Positions 1-11,929 of a stretch of 64,000 bases of DNA are shown piece after piece (positions within the stretch are counted from its first letter, which is position 1; every line of letters starts with the position of its first letter). This stretch comes from Sphaerodactylus townsendi (taxonomy: Eukaryota): the NCBI RefSeq assembly GCF_021028975.2, contig NC_059427.1, positions 17,422,001-17,486,000 on the forward strand, given 5' to 3'. Below the pieces are notes generated by a model, which saw nothing but the letters and a program-made list of their open reading frames with translations, was not told the DNA's origin and did no database searches. Both the position numbers and the translations under genes were made by a program.

Positions 1-93
1 AAGAAAGAAGAGATAATCCAGTGTCATTGGCCAGAAAGTTATTTATCCAGCTACCGGCAGCCAAAAATGAGAATGGAAAAAGCTATTCACAAA

Positions 94-166
94 TGGAGAA
101 TGTAGGAACGTAATCCACCACATCTGGCATGATAAGAAAGAGCTCTACCATTAGGCCTAATTCCCC
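94..166 (-). pseudogene. Heavily degenerate tRNA-Ala copy (array unit)
   Basis: 73-nt segment TGGAGAATG...TAATTCCCC aligns end to end with the intact copies at 1358/1558 but has many substitutions, including in the anticodon arm; lies 199 bp from the next copy. Confidence 0.7.
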
Positions 167-292
167 ATTACTGGCAAAGTGCAGTTTGATTCATCTGGAC
201 CAAGACATAGAATGCAGAGGTCATTGCCTCGATATAGGCCAAACCAGGCCTCTTGCTAGCAAAGAGAGGCAGCAGACATGGTGGTCCAGTCC

Positions 293-365
293 TGGAAAAT
301 GTGGGCACCGATGTCACAATCCCTTGCATGCTAAGCAAGTGCTTGACCATTTGAGCTAATTCCCC
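293..365 (-). pseudogene. Degenerate tRNA-Ala(AGC) copy
   Basis: RC = GGGGAATTAGCTCAAATGGTCAAGCACTTGCTTAGCATGCAAGGGATTGTGACATCGGTGCCCACATTTTCCA. AGC anticodon retained, but D-arm, T-stem and B-box are disrupted. Flanking spacer matches that of the intact units. Confidence 0.8.
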
Positions 366-449
366 ATTTGCCACTGGAAAAGGGTTTGAATTATCTTCAG
401 AAGGAATGAGACTGTAGGGGTAACTGCCACAACATGGAACCAAGCCAGG

Positions 450-1352
450 CAGTGATGTAGGTATAGATTTTTATGGGGGGATTGGAAGGCGGGGCCATGC
501 CCCCACCTGCCCCTGGGGGCTTGGCCACGCCTCCCCAAGCCCCGCCCCTGGCCTCAGTGCTTATAAAAGCAGCTCTCCGAGGCCAGGGACAGCAGACTCC
601 CCTCCCCCCACCGGTTGGGCTTCCAGTTGGCAGCCAGCAGTCCCTTCTGCCCTTCCCTCCGGGCAGAGGCGTAGCTAGGGGAAATGGAGCCTGGTGCAAA
701 ATCTGAGTGTTCCCCCCAGCAACCGCTGTGATGCTGGAATCCACCTCCAAACAGCATCACTTTCAATGGTGTTTAAACTAGGGAGCCCAGATTCTTATTT
801 CAAATCCACCTTAAAGGGAGAATCTGGGGTCCCCAGTGAAAACAACATTGAAAGTGATGCTGTTTTGGGATAGATTCTCCCCCCACCCCGAAACAGCATC
901 ACTTTCAATGTTTAAATTGGGGACCTCAGATTCTACCTTTAAATCCATGCCAAAGGGGGTGGATTTAAAAGAAGAATCTGGGGAAATTTGGGGGGTACCT
1001 GCTGTTAGGGGTGCAATTGTTAAGCTAGCCGCACCAAACTTTCAGGGTTTAGGAGACTCTCCTCAAGATACCACCCAGGTTTGGTGAAGTTTGGTTCAGG
1101 AGGTCCAAAGTTATGGACCCTCAAAGGTGTAGCTCCCATCTTCTATTAGCTCCCATTGGAAACATTGGAGGATGGGGGGACCCCCTTTGGGAGCCCATAA
1201 CTTTGGACCTCCTGAACCAAACCTCACCAAATTTGGGTGGTGTTATTAGGAGAGTCTTCCAACAAATCCCTGAAATTTTGGTGCTGCTAGCCTAAAAACT
1301 GCACCCCTGCGGGTCAAAAACTGAAAAAACACTTTAAAAATACAAAAAACCC
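450..1352. mobile_element. Non-autonomous hAT-like DNA transposon (one end deleted) inserted in the tRNA array spacer
   Basis: Starts CAGTGATGTAGGTATAGATTTTT and is the reverse complement of the fuller copy at 22677-23622. Lacks ~75 bp of the opposite terminus. Confidence 0.75.
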
Positions 1353-1357
1353 AGTCC

Positions 1358-1430
1358 TGGAGAATGTGGGCATCGATCCCACTACCTCTCGCATGCTAAG
1401 CGAGCGCTCTACCATTTGAGCTAATTCCCC
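1358..1430 (-). tRNA. trnA-AGC: tRNA-Ala (anticodon AGC)
   Basis: RC = GGGGAATTAGCTCAAATGGTAGAGCGCTCGCTTAGCATGCGAGAGGTAGTGGGATCGATGCCCACATTCTCCA. Full cloverleaf, G3:U70 alanine determinant, ATCG T-loop typical of vertebrate tRNA-Ala(AGC), T6 run 8 nt downstream (1344-1349). Confidence 0.96.
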
Positions 1431-1557
1431 ATGTACTGCTGGAAAAGGGTTTGAAACATCTGCAGAGGGAATGGGTCTGTGGGGTGGTTGCCACGACATG
1501 GAACTAAGCCAGGCTTCCGAGCAGCAAAAGGACACAGCACACTCAGCAGCCCAGTCC

Positions 1558-1630
1558 TGGAGAATGTGGGCATCGATCCCACTACCTCTCGCATGCTAAG
1601 CGAGCGCTCTACCATTTGAGCTAATTCCCC
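1558..1630 (-). tRNA. trnA-AGC: tRNA-Ala (anticodon AGC)
   Basis: Identical to 1358-1430, exactly 200 bp away; T4 terminator at 1526-1529. Confidence 0.96.
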
Positions 1631-2069
1631 ATGTACTGCTGGAAAGGCTTTGAAACATCTGCAGAGGGACTGAGACTGCAGGGGGTTAACCAAACAAGCT
1701 CCCTTACAGGTGAGAAAGCTCTAGAACTAATAGGGGCTTCACTGTTCTACAGTGTGCCATCGAAGTCTAAGAACACCTATGTTTCTTACGCTTTAAACTG
1801 TACAAACCCCTACCTTAAAAACAACAACACAATAACAGCAAGTTTAGAGCATTTTTCTGTAGATAGTTAAAAATACCTAGCAATGGTCCTTAGTGATGTA
1901 AATCTGCTTTATATTAAGGGTCTCAGGGGTAGGGAACCTGCGGCTCTCCAGATGTTCAGGAACTACAATTCCCATCAGCCCCTACCAGCATGGCCAATTG
2001 GCCATGCTGACGAAAACTGATGGGGTGTGAATTCGGAACTTCCTGGAAAACATCTGGAATCCCTAGGAT

Positions 2070-2370
2070 TAGGGAGCAACAGTGGTGTAGTGGTTGGAGC
2101 AGGTGCATTCTAATCTGGAGGAACCGGGTTTGATTCCCCGCTCTGCCGCCTGTGCTGTGAAGGCTTATCTGGGGAATTCACATTAACCTGTGCACTCCCA
2201 CACACGCCAGCTGGGTGACCTTGGGCTAGTCACAACTTTTCCGAGCTCTCTCAGCCCCACCTACCTCACAGGACATTTGTTGTGAGGGGGGAAGGGCAAG
2301 GAGATTGTCAGCCCCTTTGAGTCTCCTACAGGAGAGAAAGGGGGGATATAAATCCAAACTCTTCTTCAAA
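2070..2370 (+). mobile_element. tRNA-derived SINE (Squam3/MIR-Ther1-like)
   Basis: A-box TGGTGTAGTGG, B-box GGTTTGATTCCC, CORE-like GCTGGGTGACCTTGGGC, 3' AAATCCAAACTCTTCTTC tail. Many other copies (e.g. 13088-13393 -, 17410-17635 +). Confidence 0.8.
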
Positions 2371-3567
2371 ACTCTTCTATATGATGTGGTTTACTTAGTC
2401 CAGTGAGATTCCATAAGTAGCCCTGGATAAGCCACTTTCTCCGTTTTTGGAAGAGGCATATGAGTGATGGGTCTGTCGTGCAGAGGTATAGTCAGTATAA
2501 TGAAGACAGATGTCATAAAGTACTCCACAATGTAAAGACAATGTAAAAATTAAGCATGTTAATTTAAATTTCCTCGGAGGATTTCATTCCATGCCAAAGT
2601 CCCTGTATCTCACAAAAACGAGACCCCACCAGACACAAGAGATGGAATGGGCAGGGTATAAGTTCTTAAAATAAAAATGAATAAATAAATTTATTTTGTA
2701 TTATCAAGTGAAGTTTTTGTGTGCCATTTAAATCAATATTACCTTGCTGAGGTTGAGAACTTGAGGCAATCACCATCCACGTCAGCATTTCTGTCAGCAC
2801 CCTCCTAAAGTGAATTTTTGAATAAACAGAGAGGACTTTGCCTAAACCTTTTTCTTTATTTGTTACAATGATAAGATTAAATTGTTCTAGTCATGCATTT
2901 GCCCAAAGAACCTGATGTTGTCACCTAAGTGGTTTGCCGTTTTCTTCTCATGCTTCCATGGAATTGGCTCTTAAAATTGACATGTACATGGTCACAAGCC
3001 CAATCCCCCCCCCCCCCATCATAACTTCTTTCTCTCCACGGAATGTGTTTATTTGAACACCCCTTCAACATTTAGTGGTCATCACCATGAAGAACCAGAG
3101 AAGATGCTCATAGCCCTCTCTGGCTTAACATGCAACAAACAGCTGTGTGCTTTATCAGTCATACAACTTCCAATTTCGGCCAGGTTTGCACATGCATCTT
3201 ATCACATAATGACTTAAAAGTCAGGGGCAAGTCCTCAGTAAGATAAGGTTCCTGTCAGGAACAGATTGTATCTGAAGCAGTGTGAAAGCTCCGCTTGCAC
3301 TGCTGGATCCACAACAGTTCACTTGAACATACAAAATTGGCATAGGATGTTGCAGCCATCCCATTTTGCAGCAGGGGAAAGAAAAAAGATGAAAGCCCAA
3401 GGATGTGGCAAGTATGAGAATATCAATCCCTGTAACAGGTAATACTGCAGGAGTCATTCTTACTGCCCTCAAGAGGCACAGAAAAGCAACTATTCAGTGC
3501 TATTAATCCATGACTTTGCAAAGGCAGCTGAATGTATTAAAAGGACAAAATAAAAGTTATTTTCTTT

Positions 3568-3880
3568 TAAGAACATCAGAAAGAGCCTGCTGGATCAGAC
3601 CAGAGTCCATCTAGTCCAGCACTCTGCTACTCACAGTGGCCCACCAGATGCCTTTGGGAGCTCACATGCAGGAGGTGAATGCAATGGCCTTCTGCTGCTG
3701 TTGCTCCTGAGCACCTGGTCTGCTAAGGCATTTGCAATCTCAGATCAAGGAAGATCAAGATTGGTAGCCATAGATCGACTTCTCCTCCATAAATCTGTCC
3801 AAGCCCCTTTTAAAGCTATCCAGGTTAGTAGCCATTACCACCTCCTGTGGCAGCATATTCCAAACCCCAATCACACATTT
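3568..3880 (-). mobile_element. CR1 LINE 3' fragment
   Basis: AAGAACATCAGAAAGAGCCTGCTGGATCAGACC...GTCCATCTAGTCCAGC is the reverse complement of the typical reptile CR1 3' end. Confidence 0.7.
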
Positions 3881-4534
3881 TATATTGCTTCGCTAAGCTA
3901 TTCAAGGCCTTTCACTGGACCACTGGCAAGGCCTGTCTGATTGGAGATCTAACCCCAAGATATAGTACTTTAATATACCTAGTGCAGTATACATGGCAAT
4001 TGTTCACAAATTCATCATAAAGGACTACATTAAAAAAAATAAAAACCCCATTATGCATTAATAACTTACAGCATACTCAAATAATTGTATTTGTGGATTA
4101 AACAGATTCTGCATTAATTAAGAAGTGCACCCCAACAGAATAATATTTTAATTGAAGATGTTAGAATGTTCTTAGCTGCAGATGGTTAGATCTTTATTTT
4201 TGTTCCTTTTGGTTACAAAACAGAAAATGTATATTAAAGTACTTTAACACTGGATTTTTTAATTCCCATTCTTATTTCACCCTTGGATTTTCAGCCAGTT
4301 GTAGGGGATTGGGGAGAGGGGGGGTACAATGTAGCTGCACGTTGTCCTTCTTTTGGCATGAATGTTCAGAATATACATACAAACTTCAGTCCTAATATGA
4401 GCCCACTGCCTCGAGGTACCACTGGTTCAGAAGTGCCAGCAAAGGACTGCTCCTTCTAAGCTAATTGGCACAAGTCCAAGACTTTACAACTCAGGAAGAA
4501 GACATAATAGAATAGGAATCAGTTTCTTGCCGAG

Positions 4535-5562
4535 TCAAGGTTGTTTCCCAGTATGGACTCTCTGGTGTGAAATGAGATGTGATTTCTGATTGAAACTTTT
4601 CCCGCAGCTGGGGCACTTATAAGGTTTCTCTCCAGTGTGAAGCCGCTGGTGGATAACTAGCCCAGAGTTGAAGCTAAAGCTCTTCCCGCAGTCCTTACAT
4701 GTATACGGCTTCTGTCCTGTATGAATGCCTTGGTGAGAAATGAGATGCGATCTTTGATTGAAGCTCTTCCCACAGTCCGAGCACGTGTAGGGTTTTTCCC
4801 CAGTGTGGATTCGCTGGTGGATCACAAGGCCTGAGTTGTAACTGAAGCTTTTCCCACAATCAGGGCATTTGAAGGATTTTTCTCCCACGTGGGTCCGCTG
4901 ATGCGAGAGCAGGTGGGACTTCTGACTGAAGTTCTTCTCACAGTCAGAGCAGTTGTAGGGCTTCTCTCCAGTGTGGATTCTCTGGTGTATGACAAGACCA
5001 GAGTTGTAGCTAAAGCTTTTCCCACAGTCGAAGCATTTAAAGGGCTTCTCTCCCGTATGGGTCCCCCAATGGGAGGTCAGGTGGGATCGCTGGTTGAAGC
5101 TCTTCTCACAGTCGGGGCACTTGTAGGGCTTCTCACCTGTGTGGATCCTCTGATGCACCATCAGACCAGAATGGTTGCGGAAGGTTTTTTCACAGACGAT
5201 ACACAGATAGGGTTTCTCTCCCAAGTGAACAAATTGAGGCTTTACCAGGTGGGAGCTCTGATGGAAGCCCTCCTCCTGCTTCCTGCAGACAACCTTGCTC
5301 TCTCCGATGCGTATCAACTGCTGGATAACAATCTGGTCCAAGCTTTTTAACCGCTTGTCCTTGCGGTAAGTGCCCCTGCCTGGTATTTTGGCTGAGACAG
5401 ATGTTCCTTGCCTCTCTGGCAAATCCCTGCTCTCGGGGTCTCTTTCCTGTTTGCAGCTGGGAAAAACTCTCTCTGCAGATCTCTCAGCTGGCAACATTTC
5501 AGTTTCCACTTGCTCTGGATCTCCTTTTATGGGTGGCTGTTCCTCAGTAGCCATTTCATCAC
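4535..5562 (-). CDS. C2H2 zinc-finger protein, terminal exon (ZNF-A; 8 intact fingers)
   Basis: 339-aa ORF with eight CX2CX12HX3H fingers and TGEKPY linkers; phase-1 acceptor gtctctacag|GTGATGAAATG at 5562. Confidence 0.93.
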
Positions 5563-7169
5563 CTGTAGAGACAAACAGAACTCAGGACCAGAAGCATTCT
5601 GTGTCTTCCAATTTCCCCTCATCCAGACAATCAGGTGGGGAAGAAACAAATACCGGTAACTATCAGTGTGAATGAGCACATGCCGTCAAAGTCCTGAATT
5701 GTCACTGAAGCTTATCTTGTAGCTAGGTTAGCATAGGTGAATGTGAGACATCCTGGTTTCTCTGATAAAGGCAGGAAGGTGGGTATAAATAAATCTTATA
5801 AATAAATGAAAACATAGAAGCATATTGCACCCCAAAATTCCATTATGTTCCATTCCTTCAGCCTTCATTTATTTATTTAAATGTTTATACCGCGCTTTTT
5901 TCCTCAGTGGGAAACTCAAAAAGACTTACAATCCCCCCCCCCCCCCCCATTTTATCCTCAAAACAATCACCTTCCGAGGAATGTGTGTGACTAACCCAAA
6001 GTAACCCAGCAAGCTGCTATAGCAGAGCAGGGGATTTAAACCTGTGTCCCCCAGATCTTGCCTTGCCTTTCTAACCACTATGCCTTAATACTTGCAGACT
6101 TGATTCAGTCACATAATGTAGTCAGTGGACTGTGTTGAAGCTTTGTGAGACTAGAAATGCAGTTCACATGAAACAGTGAAGTGTTGGTCCATTTCTCAAA
6201 TAGCATGGACTCAAGATCGACATCAGTATAAGGCAGAGTCATGTGTACAAATGAAGTGATTTAAAAAACAACAACAGCTTTTCTCCAAAGAACTCAGGGT
6301 GGCATATATGTTTCTCTGTTCCCTATTTTATCTTGTGAGATAGGTTAAGCTGAGAGTGTATGAATGGTTTGAAGATCAACTGGTGAGGCTTCTGGCTATT
6401 GTAGGCATTTGAACCTGAGTCTCTTGGTTCCTTTTCCAATATTCTAGCCACAACACTAGTTGGCTCGTTGGTCTAGGCCTGGCAGGGGTCTGCAACCTGC
6501 AGCTCTCTCCAGATGTTCATGGACTACAATTCCCATCACCCCCTGCCACCATGGCCAATTGGGTTAGGGTTAGGATTGGGCTGATGGGAATGGTAGTCCA
6601 TGAACAACAGAGCTGAAACAATCTGATCATACCACATTGGTTCTCATGCTGGCTTCATGCACTGACTTGGTCAGAGGGGGGGAAACTACCCCTGATTTGT
6701 TACGACACCTGCATTTGGATTTCACAACAGACCAAATGCAGAATTTTCCAAAGACATTATCTCCAATCCTGGCCAGCACAAGAGGAAGAATGAGCAGGTA
6801 TTCAAGCCCTGCAACTAATCAGGTTTCTTGCCTCCCATGAACTAGTTCTGGTCTTCAACATCTGGCTTGAGCTTTGGAGCTGTTCTGCTGCACTACAAAT
6901 ATATTTGGTCAGTATTTGTTGATATATACATGAATAGTAGATGCTTCCATCCCTAAACATTCAGGAATGTATAGTGAACATACAGTAAATTCCCCCAAGA
7001 CAGATATAATTGGTTGACAGTCCCTTCCACCTGCCCACTGTGCGTTGCTCCCTGTTTTCTGCAAACAGGTGACTCAAGGGGAGAGGTACCATGGCCCTTA
7101 TTCCATGCAAAGTACTGGGAAACTAGGCAGCATCTTGTAACCCTACTGTTGGAGTGACTTCAGAAACAC

Positions 7170-7850
7170 AGAACATTGAAACCTAGAGCTCAAAAGGACC
7201 TCAAGGGACATCTAGTCCAACTCCCTGTAAAATGCAGAAAAGTCACAACTCTTCCCCCCGCCATCACCCCCGTCCCCTGCTTTATGCCCAGAGGAAGGCA
7301 AAAAAAAAAAAAAAATCCAGGTTCCCTGGGCAACCTGACCTGGAAGATAATCCTTTCCTGACCACAAAGGGCAATTGGCATTCTCTGGGCATGTAAGAAA
7401 GGGCCACAAGAGCCAAGCACTGGCTCATCCCGTCATAGTATGTCATAGAATTAGCTTTGCTGTCAAATGACCATCTAGCCTCTCCTTAAGAACTTCGAAA
7501 GGAGAGACCACCATCCCCCAAGGAAGTCTGTGCCGCTGACGAGCCACTCAGGAAATTCTTCCTACTGTTTAGTCAAAAACTCTTTTGATTTAATTTCAAC
7601 CCATTAGTTCTGGTCCGACCTTCTAAGGCACAGGTGTCAAACTTGCGGCCCTCCAGATGTTATGGACTGCAGTTCCCATCATCCCCTGCCAGCATCATGC
7701 TGGCAGGGGATGTCGAGGCTACAGTCTGAAGGCTTACAAGCTAACCTATATTCTAAGAGCAACAAGAGCAGCCATGCACCATCCTCAATATGACAGCCCT
7801 TCAAACACTTGGAAGATGGTTATCACACCACTTCTCAGTCGCCTCCTCTC
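7170..7850 (-). mobile_element. CR1 LINE 3' fragment with inserted palindromic MITE (~7630-7740)
   Basis: AAAAGGACCTCAAGGGACATCTAGTCCAAC...GGAAATTCTTCCTA...AACCCATTAGTTCTGGTCC are CR1 3'-region motifs. Confidence 0.6.
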
Positions 7851-8134
7851 CATGCTTGCTGCCTACCCAATACGCCCCTGAAGAAATCATACCAAGGCAG
7901 GCAATCCAAGGTTGACCAAAGTTTTATGATGCTTTTTGGGTGAAAAAGAAGGAACGTTCCAAAACATTCCCGGTTAGGCAGGAGCTGAAGCGCCAGTTCA
8001 TTATGATCATGCCAATTTTTAAAAATACTATACTCTAGAGATATTTATTGCAACAGAGTGTGGATTTTCCACGCAAGCTCAGCCCAACGCAGGCAGTGGT
8101 AACCTGGCCAGATCCATTCTGGGGCAGTCCCCAC

Positions 8135-8470
8135 CTTGAGCAAACGCTACAAGAAGGGTCTTTCTTGCTTTCTCCCTGCAGATCCTGCTCCTCCTTTGAG
8201 AAGTTCGCGCGGGAGTGACAGTCTTCTTTAGGGCCTGGGTAGTCCTGTCTCCGGTGGTGCACGCAGGGCAGCTGACCTCCAGATCCCCCCGCCCCCAGAC
8301 CTCCGCTGATGGAGCTGAAAATAGCGGAACTGACGATAGCAGGAAGTTCGTTCTTGGAGTTCTCCTCAACAAGGAGACCAAGAGTCGCGCTTTCTCCGCA
8401 AGCGGTGAGCAGCGCCCTCTACTGGCACGGCTGAAGAAAACCTCAACCGCACAGGAGAGCATCCGTATTT
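8135..8470 (-). promoter_or_regulatory. CpG-rich putative promoter/first exon of ZNF-A
   Basis: Local CpG enrichment (TCGCGCG, GTCGCGC); donor-like AAG|GTGGGG at 8135/8134, which is phase 1 in ORF 8079..8462 and matches the ZF exon acceptor phase. Confidence 0.55.
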
Positions 8471-8859
8471 AGCTTGAGTTTAAAAGGTGGGTGGGTGGGT
8501 TAGGTCCTGGCCTTGATGGCCCAGACGACCTCAAACTAAGCAGGGGCAGTTCTGGTTAGTAGCAGGAGGGGAGACCACCAAGGAATGTCCAGGTTGTTGT
8601 GCAGAAGTAGGCAATGGTAATTGCCAAACGGTCTCTGAACATCTCTTGCCTTGAAAACATCACCAGGGGTTGCCATGAGTTGGTGGAGACTTGACAGCAC
8701 TAGACACATAGCTGGGGAGCTGGTTGACCTGTTAAAAGGGCTGGCCTCTTTCTCTCACCACCTATCTTTTTAAAGTCGTTTTGCAGTGCAGGGAGCACAC
8801 CCACCCACGCCCCTTCCCCATCTCCCTGATCCTCTGCCTATCGAGTCAGCACATTCCTA

Positions 8860-8964
8860 TTTCACATGGTAAGCCAATGTTCTACCATTGAGCCACAATG
8901 TCATTCTACTGCATGTAGGGGAGGGGTGTGGCTCAATGGTAGAACATTGGCTTACCATGTGAAA
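8860..8964. repeat. Perfect 38-bp inverted repeat of a tRNA-derived SINE head (29-bp spacer)
   Basis: 8860-8897 TTTCACATGGTAAGCCAATGTTCTACCATTGAGCCACA is the exact reverse complement of 8927-8964. Confidence 0.9.
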
Positions 8965-10609
8965 GGTCCCAGTTTCAGTCCATACAGGTAGGAAGTGCCA
9001 TAAGTCAGCTGCGACTTGACAGCACTTCACACACAGTGCAACCAAAATGGTTGAGCCCCAGTGGGGTCTAGTAGTCAGTACTCAGCTAAGCTCTAGAGGC
9101 CCAGGTTCAAATCCCCACCCCTGAAACTTGCTTGAGTGACCTTGGGCAAGCCATTCTGTATCAGTCTAAGCTACAAGTGTGGTGTGGTGGTGTCGAAATA
9201 AGAGTTGGGAAACCCACATTCAAATCCTTCACTGTGACTTAGTGAGTTTGAGTCGGTTGCTTTCTCAAGCAGGCGGTTGTTGTGAGGATAAAATGAAGGA
9301 GGGGAGAATTATGTAAGCCAACTTGGGCCCCTACATAAACAAATCTACCTCACAGGCAGCTAAGCAGCACCAGTGCTTGGATGGGAGGCCATCAAGGAAG
9401 ATTGTGCAGAGGAAAACTATGGCAAAACTACCTTTGCTTCTCATTTGCCTTAAAAGCTACTTACTGGAGTCGCCCTGAGTCAGTTGCAACAGAGTAGATG
9501 AACACTGAACGGTGGATCCAGTTGCCGATCTCACCATAAGTTCATATAAGTGAAGAAAATGGTTTAGAAAAAGGAAGGGGGTTTGTGATCTGCAGCAAAC
9601 TTCTCCCTACTGTCCTTTATCTCTTAGTAAGGCAGAAGGCACTTGGATGATGACGAAGAATAGTTGGTTTTTATACCCTCCTTTTCTCTACCAAAGTCTC
9701 AAAGCAGCTTACAATCACCTCCCCCAACCCTCCAAAACAGGCATCTTGTGAGGTAGGTGAGGCTGAGAGAACTCTAAGAGAACTGTGTGATTTAACACAA
9801 GGTCACCCAGCCGACTTCGTGTGAAGAAGTGAGGAATCTAATCTAGTTCTCCAGAAAAGAGTCTGCCACTCATGTGAAGGAGCCAGGAATCAAACCCAGT
9901 TCTCCAGAGTAGAGTCCGCCGCTGTTAACCACTACACCACACTGGCTGACTGTACTGGCAATGTAATCCAGAGCATAGTTAGACTCTTCTATAGCTCTAT
10001 TTAGGATTGCACTGTTAATTATTAGGAAAAAATATTGGGGGATGGTAGCTTCAGAGATATGGAAACTGATATCATCCCTCAGGTTCAGGCAGGTAACAAA
10101 TACAAAGCAGAAAGCATTAAAAACATAACCTCTTAAATCACCAGAAGCCAGATGCTGGATGTAATATTTCTATTATTGTTTTGGTGTGCATAAAATATTT
10201 CGCTTTACAAAAGAATAAAACGAATAGGCTCTTGCCCAAAGTGGCACACACTTTAAAAAACAGACAGGAAAAAAAAGGGAAATGGAGAGAGAAATACAAA
10301 CATATGAACTAGTACACTTGAACTTAATCTCTGAATATATGCAAAAAAGCTGGGCAGGGGCTCAGTGGTAGATCTCCTGCTTTGTACGCAGGAAGTCCCA
10401 GCTTTCAATCCCTGGTGTTTTCTGTTAATTGTTATTATTATTTATTAGATTTGGTATACCGCCCACCTGCAAAGGTTGCATGTGAAGAGAAAGACCTTCA
10501 CCTGAGGTCCTGGAGAACGGTTGGCAGTCTGAATAGACAACATCGGCCTTCACAGATCAGTACAAGGCAGCTTCATGGGTTCATTAAGTTTTTGCAATAG
10601 TCCCAGCTT

Positions 10610-11577
10610 TTATGTTGGTTTCTCCACTGCATGAATCTTTCGATGCCTAGCAAGGTGTGAGATCCATTTAAAACTTTTCCCACACTCTGGGCATGAATAG
10701 TGTTTCTCTCCTGTGTGCACTCTATGATGCGTCTTGAGGCTGGCATTCACATGGAAACCTTCCCCACACTCTGGGCATTTATAAGGTTTCTCAGTTGTGT
10801 GTACTCTTTGATGCCTGATCAGGACTGAGCTGTAGCTGAAGCTTCTCCCACACTCAAGACATTTGTAGGGTCTCTCTCCTGTGTGGATTCTCTGGTGTAT
10901 AAGAAGGTTTGAACTCCGATTGAAGCATTTCCCACAGTCAGGACATTTGTAAGGTTTTTCTCCCTCATGCTCAATCTGGTGTCTGATGAGATCAGAGCTG
11001 TACCGAAAGTTTTTCCCACACTCTAGACATTTATAGAGTTTCTCCCCAGTGTGGGTTCTCTGGTGGATAATGAGATGTGAGGAATGATTGAAGCTTTTCC
11101 CACAAGTTACACAAGTGTAGGGTCTTTCGCCTGTATGGATTCTCTGATGAGCAATGAGGTGTGAACTCTTACTGAAATTCTTCCCACACTCAGCACATTT
11201 ATACGGCTTCTCGCCTGTGTGGACTCTCCGATGGGCATTAAGGGATGAAGTCCGGTTGAAGATCTTCCCACACTCGGGACATGGATGTTGTTTATTGGAC
11301 ATACATTTTCTTCCATGAATAGGGTATTTTATGACTTCATTGCCTCCTTCTGTAGGAGCAGACCCCTGTTTTCTGGACTCCACACATTTATCCTTTAATG
11401 TGTCTGATTCCTGCTGATCTTCAGAAGCTTCGTCTACCTGTGAAACCTGGGAAATATTCCTTTGGGGTATTCTTGTTGTTGCCCTGTATACAGGGTATTC
11501 CTGCTGTTGCACTATATGAAGTTCCACCTGCTCAAGACAGCGCTCCAGAGGAAATTCCTCCATTGTCTGTTCACCAG
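10610..11577 (-). CDS. C2H2 zinc-finger protein, terminal exon (ZNF-B; 8 intact fingers)
   Basis: 317-aa ORF with eight canonical fingers; phase-1 acceptor gtgtcttttcag|CTGGTGAACAGACAATG at 11577. Confidence 0.93.
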
Positions 11578-11929
11578 CTGAAAAGACACAATCCCAACTG
11601 AGATTGTTTTAGGAACGAAGGAAGAAAGAAAATATAAAACATTTATGTGGCAGATTTTCCTAAATGCTCATTGTGTCTCTCACACATTTCTGAATGAATT
11701 CTTAGAACAACCTTGCAAGGCAGAGAAGCTGTATTATTCCCACATTACACATCAGCACAGCTGAGGCTGAAAGCAGTTTTGCTAAGGCTAGCCACTGTTT
11801 GCCCCCCCCCCCCTTTCATAAATCAGCTAACAGAGTATTCACAGTGTGGCCAGTAAGGAAATCCAACTCCCGTGTATTCTAAGGAAATAGTTATGTGTGT
11901 CTGATCTCAAAAATCCCCAAGAGAGAGAA

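Noticed and set aside
450-1352. Dada-type tRNA-Ala-targeting transposon
   Set aside because: The insertion is in the spacer, not inside the tRNA gene, and another copy sits in an unrelated L2, so there is no sign of target specificity; no transposase ORF.
94-1630. CRISPR-like regularly spaced repeats
   Set aside because: The repeats are tRNA genes with conserved (not unique) spacers, in a vertebrate context with no cas genes.
4889-5350. Antisense/alternate-frame ORFs over ZF exons (also 10819, 24770, 28395, 46513)
   Set aside because: Shadow ORFs produced by repetitive zinc-finger codon structure.
10355-10415. Additional tRNA genes from tRNA-like heads (also ~8925, ~9060, ~43530)
   Set aside because: Only A/B-box remnants of SINE heads; no complete cloverleaf.
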